DNA from: Escherichia coli
Lineage (GTDB): Bacteria; Pseudomonadota; Gammaproteobacteria; Enterobacterales; Enterobacteriaceae
Assembly (NCBI RefSeq): GCF_003018115.1
Contig: NZ_CP027457.1
Direction: 5' to 3' (one strand)
Length of the DNA stretch: 64,000 nt
This document shows positions 1 through 12,861 of the stretch, piece by piece. A model generated the notes under the pieces. The model had not been told where the DNA came from. It ran no database searches and worked only from the letters and a program-made list of their open reading frames with translations. Made by a program: the position numbers and the translations under genes. Position 1 is the first letter of the stretch. Each line of letters begins with the position of its first letter.

Positions 1-194
1 AAACCATCTGTTTTTGTGGCCGTAAAGCAAGCATGGTGCTGCGTCTTGATCAAGCAGGCAGACCTTATAACGAAGGTGAGCAGGTGGTTATTGGTGGTAA
101 TGAACGATACGTTTCTGTATGCCGTAAACACTATAAAGAGGCGTTACAAGTCGGCTCATTAACGGCTATTCAGGAAAGGCATCGCCACGATTAA
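1..194 (+). CDS. tdk: thymidine kinase, 3' partial (C-terminal zinc-ribbon region)
   Basis: In-frame translation ends ...[24 protein letters not shown]; matches Tdk C-terminus and the K-12 gene order tdk-adhE. Confidence 0.8.
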   Translation, partial: TICFCGRKASMVLRLDQAGRPYNEGEQVVIGGNERYVSVCRKHYKEALQVGSLTAIQERHRHD

Positions 195-442
195 TAAGAA
201 TTTCTTTACTGACAGGGTGAGCAGGGCACTTTTATCCTGTCAGTTCGTTTTACGCACTTCTTCCGGGCTATACACCCTTCGCGGTAGTTTTTAACGCCGC
301 TATACGCCTCACAGAGCGCTTAAGCACCGACGTTGACTAATGACCTGTAAAGTACAATATCGCTGTGTGTAGGCGTTATACATCGCTGCAAATATGATGA
401 AGGCTAATGCTGTCGGTTTATGGAATAGTTGCTTTAGGAAAA

Positions 443-470
443 CAAAAAAACGGCCCCAGAAGGGGCCGTT
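443..470 (-). terminator. intrinsic terminator downstream of adhE
   Basis: GC hairpin cggcccc/ggggccg followed by a T-run on the minus strand, 25 nt after the adhE stop. Confidence 0.6.
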
Positions 471-494
471 TATGTTGCCAGACAGCGCTACTGA

Positions 495-3170
495 TTAAGC
501 GGATTTTTTCGCTTTTTTCTCAGCTTTAGCCGGAGCGGCTTCTTTTTTCGCTGCAGTTTCGCCTTCTACATAATCACGACCGTAGTAGGTATCCAGCAGA
601 ATCTGTTTCAGCTCGGAGATCAGCGGGTAACGCGGGTTAGCGCCAGTGCACTGGTCATCGAATGCATCTTCAGACAGTTTATCCACGTTCGCCAGGAAGT
701 CTGCTTCCTGAACGCCAGCTTCACGGATAGATTTCGGAATACCCAGTTCAGCCTTCAGCGTTTCCAGCCATGCCAGCAGTTTCTCGATCTTAGCAGCAGT
801 ACGGTCGCCCGGTGCGCTCAGACCCAGGTGGTCGGCAATTTCAGCATAACGACGGCGAGCCTGCGGACGGTCATACTGGCTGAATGCAGTCTGCTTGGTC
901 GGGTTGTCGTTCGCATTGTAGCGAATAACGTTACAAATCAGCAGGGCGTTTGCCAGACCGTGCGGAATATGGAACTGGGAACCCAGTTTGTGCGCCATTG
1001 AGTGACATACACCCAGGAAGGCGTTCGCAAACGCGATACCCGCGATAGTCGCTGCACTGTGAACACGTTCACGCGCTACCGGATTTTTAGACCCTTCGTG
1101 GTAGGACGCTGGCAGATATTCTTTCAGCAGTTTCAGTGCCTGCAGAGCCTGACCATCAGAGAACTCAGATGCCAGTACAGAAACATAAGCTTCCATGGCG
1201 TGAGTTACTGCGTCCAGACCACCGAAAGCACACAGGGACTTCGGCATGTCCATAACCAGGTTGGCGTCGACAATCGCCATATCCGGGGTCAGCGCATAGT
1301 CCGCCAGCGGGTATTTCTGACCAGTAGCGTCGTCAGTTACAACCGCAAACGGAGTGACTTCAGAACCTGTACCAGAAGTGGTGGTGACAGCAATCATTTT
1401 CGCTTTCACGCCCATTTTCGGGAACTTGTAGATACGTTTACGGATATCCATAAAGCGCAGCGCCAGCTCTTCGAAGTGAGTTTCCGGATGTTCGTACATA
1501 ACCCACATGATCTTCGCGGCGTCCATCGGGGAACCACCACCCAGCGCGATAATCACGTCTGGTTTGAAGGAGTTTGCCAGTTCTGCACCTTTACGAACGA
1601 TGCTCAGGGTCGGATCCGCTTCTACTTCGAAGAAGACTTCAGTTTCAACGCCTGCTGCTTTCAGTACGGAAGTGATCTGATCAGCATAACCATTGTTGAA
1701 CAGGAAGCGGTCAGTCACGATGAGCGCACGTTTGTGGCCATCAGTAATCACTTCATCCAGCGCGATTGGCAGGGAGCCACGGCGGAAGTAGATAGATTTC
1801 GGAAGTTTGTGCCACAACATGTTTTCAGCTCGCTTAGCAACGGTTTTCTTGTTGATCAGGTGTTTCGGACCAACGTTTTCAGAGATGGAGTTACCACCCC
1901 AGGAACCACAACCCAGAGTCAGGGAAGGTGCGAGTTTGAAGTTATACAGGTCACCGATACCACCCTGAGAAGCCGGGGTGTTAATCAGGATACGAGCCGT
2001 TTTCATTTTCTGACCGAAGTAAGAAACGCGAGCCGGTTGGTTATCCTGGTCAGTGTACAGGCAAGAGGTATGACCGATACCACCCATAGCAACCAGTTTC
2101 TCTGCTTTTTCTACCGCGTCTTCGAAATCTTTAGCGCGGTACATTGCCAGAGTCGGGGACAGTTTTTCATGTGCGAACGGTTCGCTTTCATCAACAACGG
2201 TCACTTCACCGATCAGAATCTTGGTGTTTTCTGGTACAGAGAAGCCTGCCAGTTCAGCAATTTTATAGGCTGGCTGACCAACGATAGCCGCGTTCAGCGC
2301 ACCGTTTTTCAGGATAACATCCTGAACAGCTTTCAGCTCTTTACCCTGCAACAGATAGCCGCCGTGGGTTGCGAAACGTTCACGTACTGCGTCATAAACA
2401 GAGTCAACAACAACAACAGACTGTTCAGAAGCACAGATTACGCCGTTGTCGAAGGTTTTGGACATCAGTACAGATGCAACTGCACGTTTGATATCAGCAG
2501 TTTCATCGATAACAACCGGAGTGTTACCCGCGCCTACGCCGATAGCTGGTTTACCGGAGCTGTATGCGGCTTTAACCATGCCCGGACCACCAGTCGCGAG
2601 GATCAGGTTGATGTCTGGGTGGTGCATCAGTGCGTTAGACAGTTCAACAGAAGGTTGATCGATCCAGCCGATCAGATCTTTCGGAGCACCGGCAGCGATA
2701 GCAGCCTGCAGAACGATATCAGCCGCTTTGTTGGTGGCATCTTTTGCACGCGGGTGCGGGGAGAAGATAATGGCGTTACGGGTCTTCAGGCTGATCAGCG
2801 ATTTGAAGATAGCAGTTGAAGTCGGGTTAGTGGTCGGAACGATACCGCAAATAATACCGATTGGTTCAGCGATAGTGATGGTACCAAAAGTGTCGTCTTC
2901 AGACAGAACACCACAGGTTTTTTCATCTTTATAGGCGTTGTAGATATATTCAGAAGCAAAGTGGTTTTTGATCACTTTATCTTCGACGATACCCATGCCG
3001 GATTCGGCAACGGCCATTTTCGCGAGTGGGATTCGAGCATCTGCAGCAGCCAGAGCGGCGGCGCGGAAGATTTTGTCTACTTGCTCTTGAGTGAAACTGG
3101 CATATTCACGCTGGGCTTTTTTTACACGCTCTACGAGTGCGTTAAGTTCAGCGACATTAGTAACAGCCAT
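495..3170 (-). CDS. adhE: bifunctional acetaldehyde-CoA/alcohol dehydrogenase
   Basis: 891-aa ORF, full-length AdhE sequence ([20 protein letters not shown]...). Confidence 0.97.
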
Positions 3171-3646
3171 AATGCTCTCCTGATAATGTTAAACTTTTTT
3201 AGTAAATCATCTGCTCGAATACGAGAGTATAGTCAGTGCGGTGATGATTTGCTTAACCGATGAAAATCAAAAGCTTACTCGCGCTCACACTCACTGTGAT
3301 TTACTAAAAGAGTTTAAACATTAGAGTTATTATCTCTAATGCGTCACTTCCAGGTGGCGTAAGCAAGATTACTCACTTCTGGGTACTGATTACGTGATCC
3401 AAATCAAATTTTTGCAAAGCTGACACCTTTCAGCATCGCTTTTCGCCATTATAGCTAACAGTTAATAAATTGTAGTATGATTTGATGGCTACATTAGCAT
3501 GTTTTGTACAACTAGATAACAATAACGAATGATAGCAATTTTAAGTAGTTAGGAGGTGAAAAATGCTGTCAAAAGGCGTATTGTCAGCGCGTCTTTTCAA
3601 CCTTATTTATGGCTAACATTATCCGGCTTTTGCTTCGGAGCTAACC

Positions 3647-4294
3647 GTGATTCAGACCCTTTTTGATTTTCCCGTTTACTTCAAATTTTTCATCGGGTTA
3701 TTTGCGCTGGTCAACCCGGTAGGGATTATTCCCGTCTTTATCAGCATGACCAGTTATCAGACAGCGGCAGCGCGAAACAAAACTAACCTTACAGCCAACC
3801 TGTCTGTGGCCATTATCTTGTGGATCTCGCTTTTTCTCGGCGACACGATTCTACAACTTTTTGGTATATCAATTGATTCGTTCCGTATCGCCGGGGGTAT
3901 CCTGGTGGTGACAATAGCGATGTCAATGATCAGCGGCAAGCTTGGCGAGGATAAACAGAACAAGCAAGAAAAATCAGAAACCGCGGTACGTGAAAGCATT
4001 GGTGTGGTGCCACTGGCGTTGCCGTTGATGGCGGGGCCAGGGGCGATCAGTTCTACCATCGTCTGGGGTACGCGTTATCACAGCATTAGCTATCTGTTTG
4101 GTTTCTTTGTGGCTATTGCATTGTTCGCTTTATGTTGCTGGGGATTGTTCCGCATGGCACCGTGGCTGGTACGGGTTTTACGCCAGACCGGCATCAACGT
4201 GATTACGCGTATTATGGGGCTATTGCTGATGGCATTGGGGATTGAATTTATCGTTACTGGTATTAAGGGGATTTTCCCCGGCCTGCTTAATTAA
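3647..4294 (+). CDS. ychE: MarC-family inner membrane protein
   Basis: 215-aa multi-TM ORF, GTG start, conserved position between adhE and oppA. Confidence 0.85.
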   Translation: MIQTLFDFPVYFKFFIGLFALVNPVGIIPVFISMTSYQTAAARNKTNLTANLSVAIILWISLFLGDTILQLFGISIDSFRIAGGILVVTIAMSMISGKLGEDKQNKQEKSETAVRESIGVVPLALPLMAGPGAISSTIVWGTRYHSISYLFGFFVAIALFALCCWGLFRMAPWLVRVLRQTGINVITRIMGLLLMALGIEFIVTGIKGIFPGLLN

Positions 4295-5031
4295 TTCCTC
4301 TCAAATGAAACGGAGCTGCCATGCTCCGTTTACTTCGTCATTATTTTTACTTTGTTCCTGCGCAGTTATCAAAAGCAAAAGGAATAGGTAAAAATATTCT
4401 TCTCAAATTACAGTTAGTTATAAGGATTTCCTTAACTGCTTCTCTTCACCATCATGTTATTTTCGCCACATCATAATCCTGGGCTTGCTGAAGAATAATT
4501 GAAATGATATTAGTAATTCCACTGCCTTTGGTAGAGGAAAGTGCTAAATAATAATCAATTGTTAAATTATTGTGCATTTCACTACTGGAACTGTAATCAG
4601 AAAAGATAGACATGCTTAACCAATCTCTATTTGATTGAATTGAAAGATGTTTGTTAAGACATGGATGCAAGCTATAGATTCTGATACGGTCAATAAAAGA
4701 GAATTGCTTAACAATTTTGCAAAATGTATTGGCGAGTAAGAAGCGCATTTGGTACTTTCCGGGCAACCGCCAGGCGATTCTTTATTGGTAATGAGAATAA
4801 TTAACAATTAAAGAGCGTCGTGAAAGAATAATGTGTCTCGACAGGGGAGACACAGTACGAATCGACATAAGGTGATCGTCTGAATCACCAGAATAAATAA
4901 AGTCGGTGATAGCAATACGTAACGATAAAGTAACCTGACAGCAGAAAGTCTCCGAGCCTGTGCAGGGTCCCAATCCGGGATTACACATGCTGGTTAATAC
5001 CAGTAATTATAATGAGGGAGTCCAAAAAACA

Positions 5032-6663
5032 ATGACCAACATCACCAAGAGAAGTTTAGTAGCAGCTGGCGTTCTGGCTGCGCTAATGGCAGGGAATGTC
5101 GCGCTGGCAGCTGATGTGCCCGCAGGCGTCACACTGGCGGAAAAACAAACGCTGGTACGTAACAATGGTTCAGAAGTTCAGTCATTAGATCCGCACAAAA
5201 TTGAAGGTGTTCCGGAGTCTAATATCAGCCGAGACCTGTTTGAAGGCTTACTGGTCAGCGATCTTGACGGTCATCCAGCACCTGGCGTCGCTGAATCCTG
5301 GGATAATAAAGACGCGAAAGTCTGGACCTTCCATTTGCGTAAAGATGCGAAATGGTCTGATGGCACGCCAGTCACAGCACAAGACTTTGTGTATAGCTGG
5401 CAACGTTCTGTTGATCCGAACACTGCTTCTCCGTATGCCAGTTATCTGCAATATGGGCATATCGCCGGTATTGATGAAATTCTTGAAGGGAAAAAAACGA
5501 TTACCGATCTCGGCGTGAAAGCTATTGATGATCACACATTAGAAGTCACCTTAAGTGAACCCGTTCCGTACTTCTATAAATTACTTGTTCACCCATCAAC
5601 TTCACCGGTGCCAAAAGCCGCTATCGAGAAATTCGGCGAAAAATGGACCCAGCCTGGTAATATCGTCACCAACGGTGCCTATACCTTAAAAGATTGGGTC
5701 GTAAACGAACGAATCGTTCTTGAACGCAGCCCGACCTACTGGAACAACGCGAAAACCGTTATTAACCAGGTAACCTATTTGCCTATTGCTTCTGAAGTTA
5801 CCGATGTCAACCGCTACCGTAGTGGTGAAATCGACATGACGTATAACAACATGCCGATCGAATTGTTCCAGAAGCTGAAAAAAGAGATCCCGGACGAAGT
5901 TCACGTTGATCCATACCTGTGCACTTACTATTACGAAATTAACAACCAGAAACCGCCATTCAACGATGTGCGTGTGCGTACCGCACTGAAACTAGGTATG
6001 GACCGCGATATCATTGTTAATAAAGTGAAGGCGCAGGGCGACATGCCCGCCTATGGTTACACTCCACCGTATACTGATGGCGCAAAATTGACTCAGCCAG
6101 AATGGTTTGGCTGGAGCCAGGAAAAACGTAACGAAGAAGCGAAAAAACTGCTGGCTGAAGCGGGTTATACCGCAGACAAACCGTTGACCATCAACCTGCT
6201 GTATAACACCTCCGATCTGCATAAAAAGCTGGCGATTGCTGCCTCTTCATTGTGGAAGAAAAACATTGGTGTAAACGTCAAACTGGTTAACCAGGAGTGG
6301 AAAACGTTCCTCGACACCCGTCACCAGGGTACTTTTGATGTGGCCCGTGCAGGCTGGTGTGCTGACTACAACGAACCAACTTCCTTCCTGAACACCATGC
6401 TGTCGAACAGCTCGATGAATACCGCGCATTATAAGAGCCCGGCCTTTGACAGCATTATGGCGGAAACGCTGAAAGTGACTGACGAGGCGCAGCGCACAGC
6501 TCTGTACACTAAAGCAGAACAACAGCTGGATAAGGATTCGGCCATTGTTCCTGTTTATTACTACGTGAATGCGCGTCTGGTGAAACCGTGGGTTGGTGGC
6601 TATACCGGCAAAGATCCGCTGGATAATACCTACACCCGAAATATGTACATTGTGAAGCACTAA
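5032..6663 (+). CDS. oppA: oligopeptide ABC transporter periplasmic binding protein
   Basis: Start placed at internal ATG (MTNITKRSLVAAGVLAALMAGNVALA signal peptide) with an upstream GAGGGAG Shine-Dalgarno; SBP family 5 sequence. Confidence 0.95.
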   Translation: MTNITKRSLVAAGVLAALMAGNVALAADVPAGVTLAEKQTLVRNNGSEVQSLDPHKIEGVPESNISRDLFEGLLVSDLDGHPAPGVAESWDNKDAKVWTFHLRKDAKWSDGTPVTAQDFVYSWQRSVDPNTASPYASYLQYGHIAGIDEILEGKKTITDLGVKAIDDHTLEVTLSEPVPYFYKLLVHPSTSPVPKAAIEKFGEKWTQPGNIVTNGAYTLKDWVVNERIVLERSPTYWNNAKTVINQVTYLPIASEVTDVNRYRSGEIDMTYNNMPIELFQKLKKEIPDEVHVDPYLCTYYYEINNQKPPFNDVRVRTALKLGMDRDIIVNKVKAQGDMPAYGYTPPYTDGAKLTQPEWFGWSQEKRNEEAKKLLAEAGYTADKPLTINLLYNTSDLHKKLAIAASSLWKKNIGVNVKLVNQEWKTFLDTRHQGTFDVARAGWCADYNEPTSFLNTMLSNSSMNTAHYKSPAFDSIMAETLKVTDEAQRTALYTKAEQQLDKDSAIVPVYYYVNARLVKPWVGGYTGKDPLDNTYTRNMYIVKH

Positions 6664-6748
6664 TGGCAATACGTGGGGCAGGAGTGTCCTGCTCCACGGT
6701 GTCTGATTTTTATCGCATTACAGAAGGCACAGGCCAGAAGGTAGGGCA

Positions 6749-7669
6749 ATGTTAAAATTTATTTTACGTCGCTGTCTGGAAGCGATTCCGACGCTATTTA
6801 TTCTTATTACTATTTCGTTCTTTATGATGCGCCTCGCGCCGGGAAGTCCTTTTACCGGCGAACGTACTTTACCGCCAGAAGTGATGGCCAATATCGAAGC
6901 GAAATATCATCTTAATGATCCGATCATGACACAGTATTTCAGCTACCTGAAACAACTGGCGCACGGTGATTTCGGTCCATCGTTTAAATATAAAGATTAT
7001 TCGGTCAATGACCTGGTGGCATCCAGTTTTCCCGTTTCTGCCAAACTGGGAGCCGCAGCATTTTTCCTTGCGGTAATACTGGGTGTTAGTGCTGGCGTTA
7101 TTGCCGCATTAAAACAAAACACCAAATGGGACTATACCGTGATGGGGCTGGCAATGACCGGGGTTGTTATCCCCAGTTTTGTGGTTGCGCCATTATTAGT
7201 CATGATATTTGCGATCATTTTGCATTGGCTGCCGGGCGGTGGCTGGAATGGTGGGGCGCTTAAATTCATGATATTGCCGATGGTGGCGTTGTCACTCGCC
7301 TATATCGCCAGTATTGCGCGTATTACCCGTGGCTCTATGATTGAAGTATTACACTCCAACTTTATTCGTACTGCCCGGGCGAAAGGGTTACCTATGCGGC
7401 GGATCATTTTACGCCACGCATTAAAACCTGCTCTGTTACCCGTGCTCTCCTATATGGGCCCCGCATTTGTCGGCATTATTACCGGTTCTATGGTTATCGA
7501 AACCATTTATGGTTTGCCGGGGATTGGGCAACTGTTCGTTAATGGCGCATTGAACCGTGACTATTCCTTAGTGTTAAGCCTGACCATCCTGGTTGGTGCG
7601 TTAACCATTTTGTTTAATGCCATTGTCGATGTGCTATATGCGGTTATCGACCCGAAAATCCGTTACTGA
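6749..7669 (+). CDS. oppB: oligopeptide ABC transporter permease
   Basis: 306-aa polytopic permease, operon position. Confidence 0.95.
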   Translation: MLKFILRRCLEAIPTLFILITISFFMMRLAPGSPFTGERTLPPEVMANIEAKYHLNDPIMTQYFSYLKQLAHGDFGPSFKYKDYSVNDLVASSFPVSAKLGAAAFFLAVILGVSAGVIAALKQNTKWDYTVMGLAMTGVVIPSFVVAPLLVMIFAIILHWLPGGGWNGGALKFMILPMVALSLAYIASIARITRGSMIEVLHSNFIRTARAKGLPMRRIILRHALKPALLPVLSYMGPAFVGIITGSMVIETIYGLPGIGQLFVNGALNRDYSLVLSLTILVGALTILFNAIVDVLYAVIDPKIRY

Positions 7670-7683
7670 TACTGGAGCTCGCG

Positions 7684-8592
7684 ATGATGTTAAGTAAGAA
7701 AAGCAGCGAGACGCTGGAAAATTTCAGTGAAAAGCTGGAGGTCGAAGGGCGCAGCTTGTGGCAGGACGCACGTCGACGTTTTATGCATAACCGTGCGGCG
7801 GTTGCAAGTCTGATAGTGCTGGTGCTGATCGCGTTATTTGTAATCCTGGCACCGATGCTTTCGCAGTTTGCCTATGACGATACTGACTGGGCGATGATGT
7901 CCAGCGCCCCGGATATGGAGTCCGGTCACTACTTTGGTACTGACTCATCCGGTCGCGACCTGCTTGTGCGCGTTGCGATTGGCGGGCGTATCTCACTCAT
8001 GGTCGGTGTTGCTGCGGCACTGGTGGCAGTGGTCGTGGGGACACTTTACGGTTCGCTTTCCGGTTATCTGGGCGGTAAAGTGGATTCGGTAATGATGCGT
8101 CTGCTGGAAATCCTCAACTCCTTCCCATTCATGTTCTTCGTCATTTTGCTGGTGACCTTTTTCGGCCAAAACATCCTGCTGATTTTCGTGGCGATTGGCA
8201 TGGTTTCCTGGCTGGATATGGCTCGTATTGTGCGTGGGCAAACCCTGAGTCTGAAGCGCAAAGAGTTTATTGAGGCGGCACAAGTTGGCGGTGTATCGAC
8301 GCCGGGCATTGTTATTCGCCACATTGTGCCGAACGTACTCGGTGTGGTGGTGGTCTACGCATCGCTACTGGTGCCCAGCATGATCCTCTTTGAATCTTTC
8401 CTTAGCTTCCTGGGGTTGGGTACGCAAGAGCCGTTAAGCAGCTGGGGGGCATTGCTGAGTGATGGCGCGAACTCGATGGAAGTCTCTCCATGGTTACTGT
8501 TGTTCCCAGCGGGATTCCTCGTGGTGACGCTGTTTTGTTTCAACTTTATCGGCGATGGCTTGCGTGATGCCCTCGACCCGAAAGATCGTTAA
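7684..8592 (+). CDS. oppC: oligopeptide ABC transporter permease
   Basis: 302-aa permease, operon position. Confidence 0.95.
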   Translation: MMLSKKSSETLENFSEKLEVEGRSLWQDARRRFMHNRAAVASLIVLVLIALFVILAPMLSQFAYDDTDWAMMSSAPDMESGHYFGTDSSGRDLLVRVAIGGRISLMVGVAAALVAVVVGTLYGSLSGYLGGKVDSVMMRLLEILNSFPFMFFVILLVTFFGQNILLIFVAIGMVSWLDMARIVRGQTLSLKRKEFIEAAQVGGVSTPGIVIRHIVPNVLGVVVVYASLLVPSMILFESFLSFLGLGTQEPLSSWGALLSDGANSMEVSPWLLLFPAGFLVVTLFCFNFIGDGLRDALDPKDR

Positions 8593-8603
8593 GGAGTGCA
8601 GCC

Positions 8604-9617
8604 ATGAGCGTAATTGAACCTGCAACTGTGCCGCTCGCACAACAACAGGCTGACGCACTGCTGAACGTGAAAGATTTGCGTGTCACCTTTAGTACCCCGG
8701 ACGGCGACGTCACGGCGGTCAATGATTTAAATTTTTCCCTACGTGCCGGAGAAACGCTGGGCATTGTAGGTGAGTCTGGTTCGGGTAAATCGCAAACTGC
8801 ATTTGCGTTGATGGGCCTGTTGGCTGCCAACGGACGCATTGGCGGATCGGCAACCTTCAATGGGCGTGAAATCCTCAATTTGCCAGAGCGTGAACTCAAT
8901 AAACTGCGCGCTGAACAAATCTCAATGATTTTTCAGGACCCAATGACTTCGTTGAATCCCTATATGCGCGTCGGTGAGCAGTTGATGGAAGTGCTGATGC
9001 TGCATAAGAACATGAGCAAAGCTGAGGCGTTTGAAGAGTCGGTGCGGATGCTCGATGCGGTAAAAATGCCGGAAGCGCGTAAACGCATGAAAATGTACCC
9101 GCACGAATTTTCTGGCGGCATGCGTCAGCGAGTCATGATTGCGATGGCATTGCTATGTCGGCCTAAGCTGCTGATTGCGGATGAACCCACTACTGCGCTG
9201 GACGTCACCGTACAGGCGCAGATCATGACGCTATTAAATGAACTGAAGCGGGAATTTAATACCGCCATCATTATGATCACCCACGATCTTGGCGTGGTGG
9301 CGGGGATCTGCGACAAAGTGCTGGTAATGTACGCCGGGCGCACGATGGAATATGGCAACGCGCGCGATGTCTTTTATCAACCTGTTCATCCTTATTCTAT
9401 CGGTTTGCTCAACGCGGTGCCTCGTCTCGATGCGGAAGGTGAAACAATGTTGACTATTCCGGGTAATCCGCCAAACCTGCTGCGATTACCGAAAGGTTGC
9501 CCGTTCCAGCCACGTTGTCCGCATGCGATGGAAATTTGTAGTAGCGCACCGCCGCTGGAAGAGTTTACGCCTGGCCGTCTGCGTGCTTGCTTTAAACCGG
9601 TGGAGGAACTGTTATGA
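8604..9617 (+). CDS. oppD: oligopeptide ABC transporter ATP-binding protein
   Basis: Walker A GESGSGKS, ABC signature FSGGMRQR, Walker B LLIADEPT. Confidence 0.95.
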   Translation: MSVIEPATVPLAQQQADALLNVKDLRVTFSTPDGDVTAVNDLNFSLRAGETLGIVGESGSGKSQTAFALMGLLAANGRIGGSATFNGREILNLPERELNKLRAEQISMIFQDPMTSLNPYMRVGEQLMEVLMLHKNMSKAEAFEESVRMLDAVKMPEARKRMKMYPHEFSGGMRQRVMIAMALLCRPKLLIADEPTTALDVTVQAQIMTLLNELKREFNTAIIMITHDLGVVAGICDKVLVMYAGRTMEYGNARDVFYQPVHPYSIGLLNAVPRLDAEGETMLTIPGNPPNLLRLPKGCPFQPRCPHAMEICSSAPPLEEFTPGRLRACFKPVEELL

Positions 9618-10618
9618 ATGCTGTAACCGAAGGAAGAAAAGTCCTCCTCGAAATCGCCGATCTGAAAGTGCACTTTGAAATCAAAGATGGCAAACAGTGG
9701 TTCTGGCAACCGCCGAAAACGCTCAAAGCCGTCGATGGTGTCACTCTTCGCCTGTATGAAGGGGAAACATTAGGTGTGGTAGGGGAATCGGGATGCGGTA
9801 AGTCCACCTTTGCTCGCGCCATCATCGGTTTGGTCAAGGCGACCGACGGTCATGTTGCCTGGTTAGGTAAAGAGTTGCTGGGCATGAAGCCCGATGAATG
9901 GCGTGCCGTTCGCAGTGATATTCAGATGATTTTCCAGGATCCGTTGGCATCGCTAAACCCGCGTATGACCATCGGCGAGATCATCGCTGAACCACTGCGT
10001 ACTTATCATCCGAAAATGTCACGCCAGGAAGTTCGCGAGCGCGTGAAGGCGATGATGCTGAAAGTCGGGTTATTGCCTAACCTGATTAACCGCTATCCGC
10101 ATGAGTTCTCTGGTGGGCAGTGCCAGCGTATCGGGATTGCTCGTGCTCTTATTCTTGAACCGAAGCTGATTATCTGTGATGAGCCGGTGTCGGCGCTGGA
10201 CGTGTCAATTCAGGCACAGGTGGTCAACCTGCTCCAGCAATTGCAACGTGAGATGGGATTGTCATTAATTTTTATCGCTCATGACCTGGCCGTGGTAAAA
10301 CACATTTCCGATCGTGTGTTGGTGATGTATCTCGGCCATGCGGTAGAACTGGGGACCTATGATGAGGTCTACCACAATCCACTACATCCTTACACCAGGG
10401 CATTGATGTCGGCAGTCCCCATACCTGATCCGGATCTGGAGAAGAACAAAACCATCCAGTTACTGGAAGGGGAATTACCGTCGCCGATCAACCCGCCTTC
10501 CGGTTGTGTTTTCCGTACCCGTTGCCCGATTGCCGGTCCGGAGTGCGCCAAAACACGTCCTGTTCTGGAGGGGAGTTTCAGACACGCCGTTTCTTGCCTG
10601 AAAGTCGATCCGCTTTAA
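9614..10618 (+). CDS. oppF: oligopeptide ABC transporter ATP-binding protein
   Basis: Walker A GESGCGKST, signature FSGGQCQR; 4-nt overlap with oppD. Confidence 0.95.
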   Translation: MNAVTEGRKVLLEIADLKVHFEIKDGKQWFWQPPKTLKAVDGVTLRLYEGETLGVVGESGCGKSTFARAIIGLVKATDGHVAWLGKELLGMKPDEWRAVRSDIQMIFQDPLASLNPRMTIGEIIAEPLRTYHPKMSRQEVRERVKAMMLKVGLLPNLINRYPHEFSGGQCQRIGIARALILEPKLIICDEPVSALDVSIQAQVVNLLQQLQREMGLSLIFIAHDLAVVKHISDRVLVMYLGHAVELGTYDEVYHNPLHPYTRALMSAVPIPDPDLEKNKTIQLLEGELPSPINPPSGCVFRTRCPIAGPECAKTRPVLEGSFRHAVSCLKVDPL

Positions 10619-10626
10619 ACACAATA

Positions 10627-10653
10627 AGGGCTGACAGTTGTCAGCCCTTTTTC
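10627..10653 (+). terminator. intrinsic terminator after oppF
   Basis: Hairpin agggctgaca/tcagccct followed by a T-run. Confidence 0.6.
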
Positions 10654-10666
10654 ACGCCGAAAGCGA

Positions 10667-12491
<1,825 letters not shown>

Positions 12492-12861
12492 AGATTAGAA
12501 ATCCTTTTGAAAGCGCATTGTTATGAGTTTACGCATATGGATTCATCTGGCAAATAAAAACGCGGGAAAAGCACTGGTCAGCGTCGGGGGTGGGGGTATA
12601 ATGACCATTCTGTTATTGCATAGAGTAGTTAACATGAAGCGGAGTAGAACGGAAGTGGGGCGCTGGCGCATGCAGCGTCAGGCTAGCCGACGTAAATCGC
12701 GTTGGCTTGAGGGGCAATCGCGCCGAAATATGCGTATCCACAGCATCAGGAAGTGCATTCTAAACAAACAGCGTAACTCGTTATTGTTTGCGATCTACAA
12801 TATCTAAATGTACTGGGCACCATTGCGGTGCCCAATAAGTTTACTCTTCCGTCTTTAAACT

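Noticed and set aside
1002-2819. 605-aa plus-strand ORF inside adhE
   Set aside because: Antisense shadow of the highly expressed, well-conserved adhE; low-complexity, Arg/Cys-rich translation with no RBS.
4300-5031. Long AT-rich region upstream of oppA as foreign DNA
   Set aside because: This is the normal oppA leader/regulatory region in a conserved chromosomal context; small ORFs there are likely spurious.
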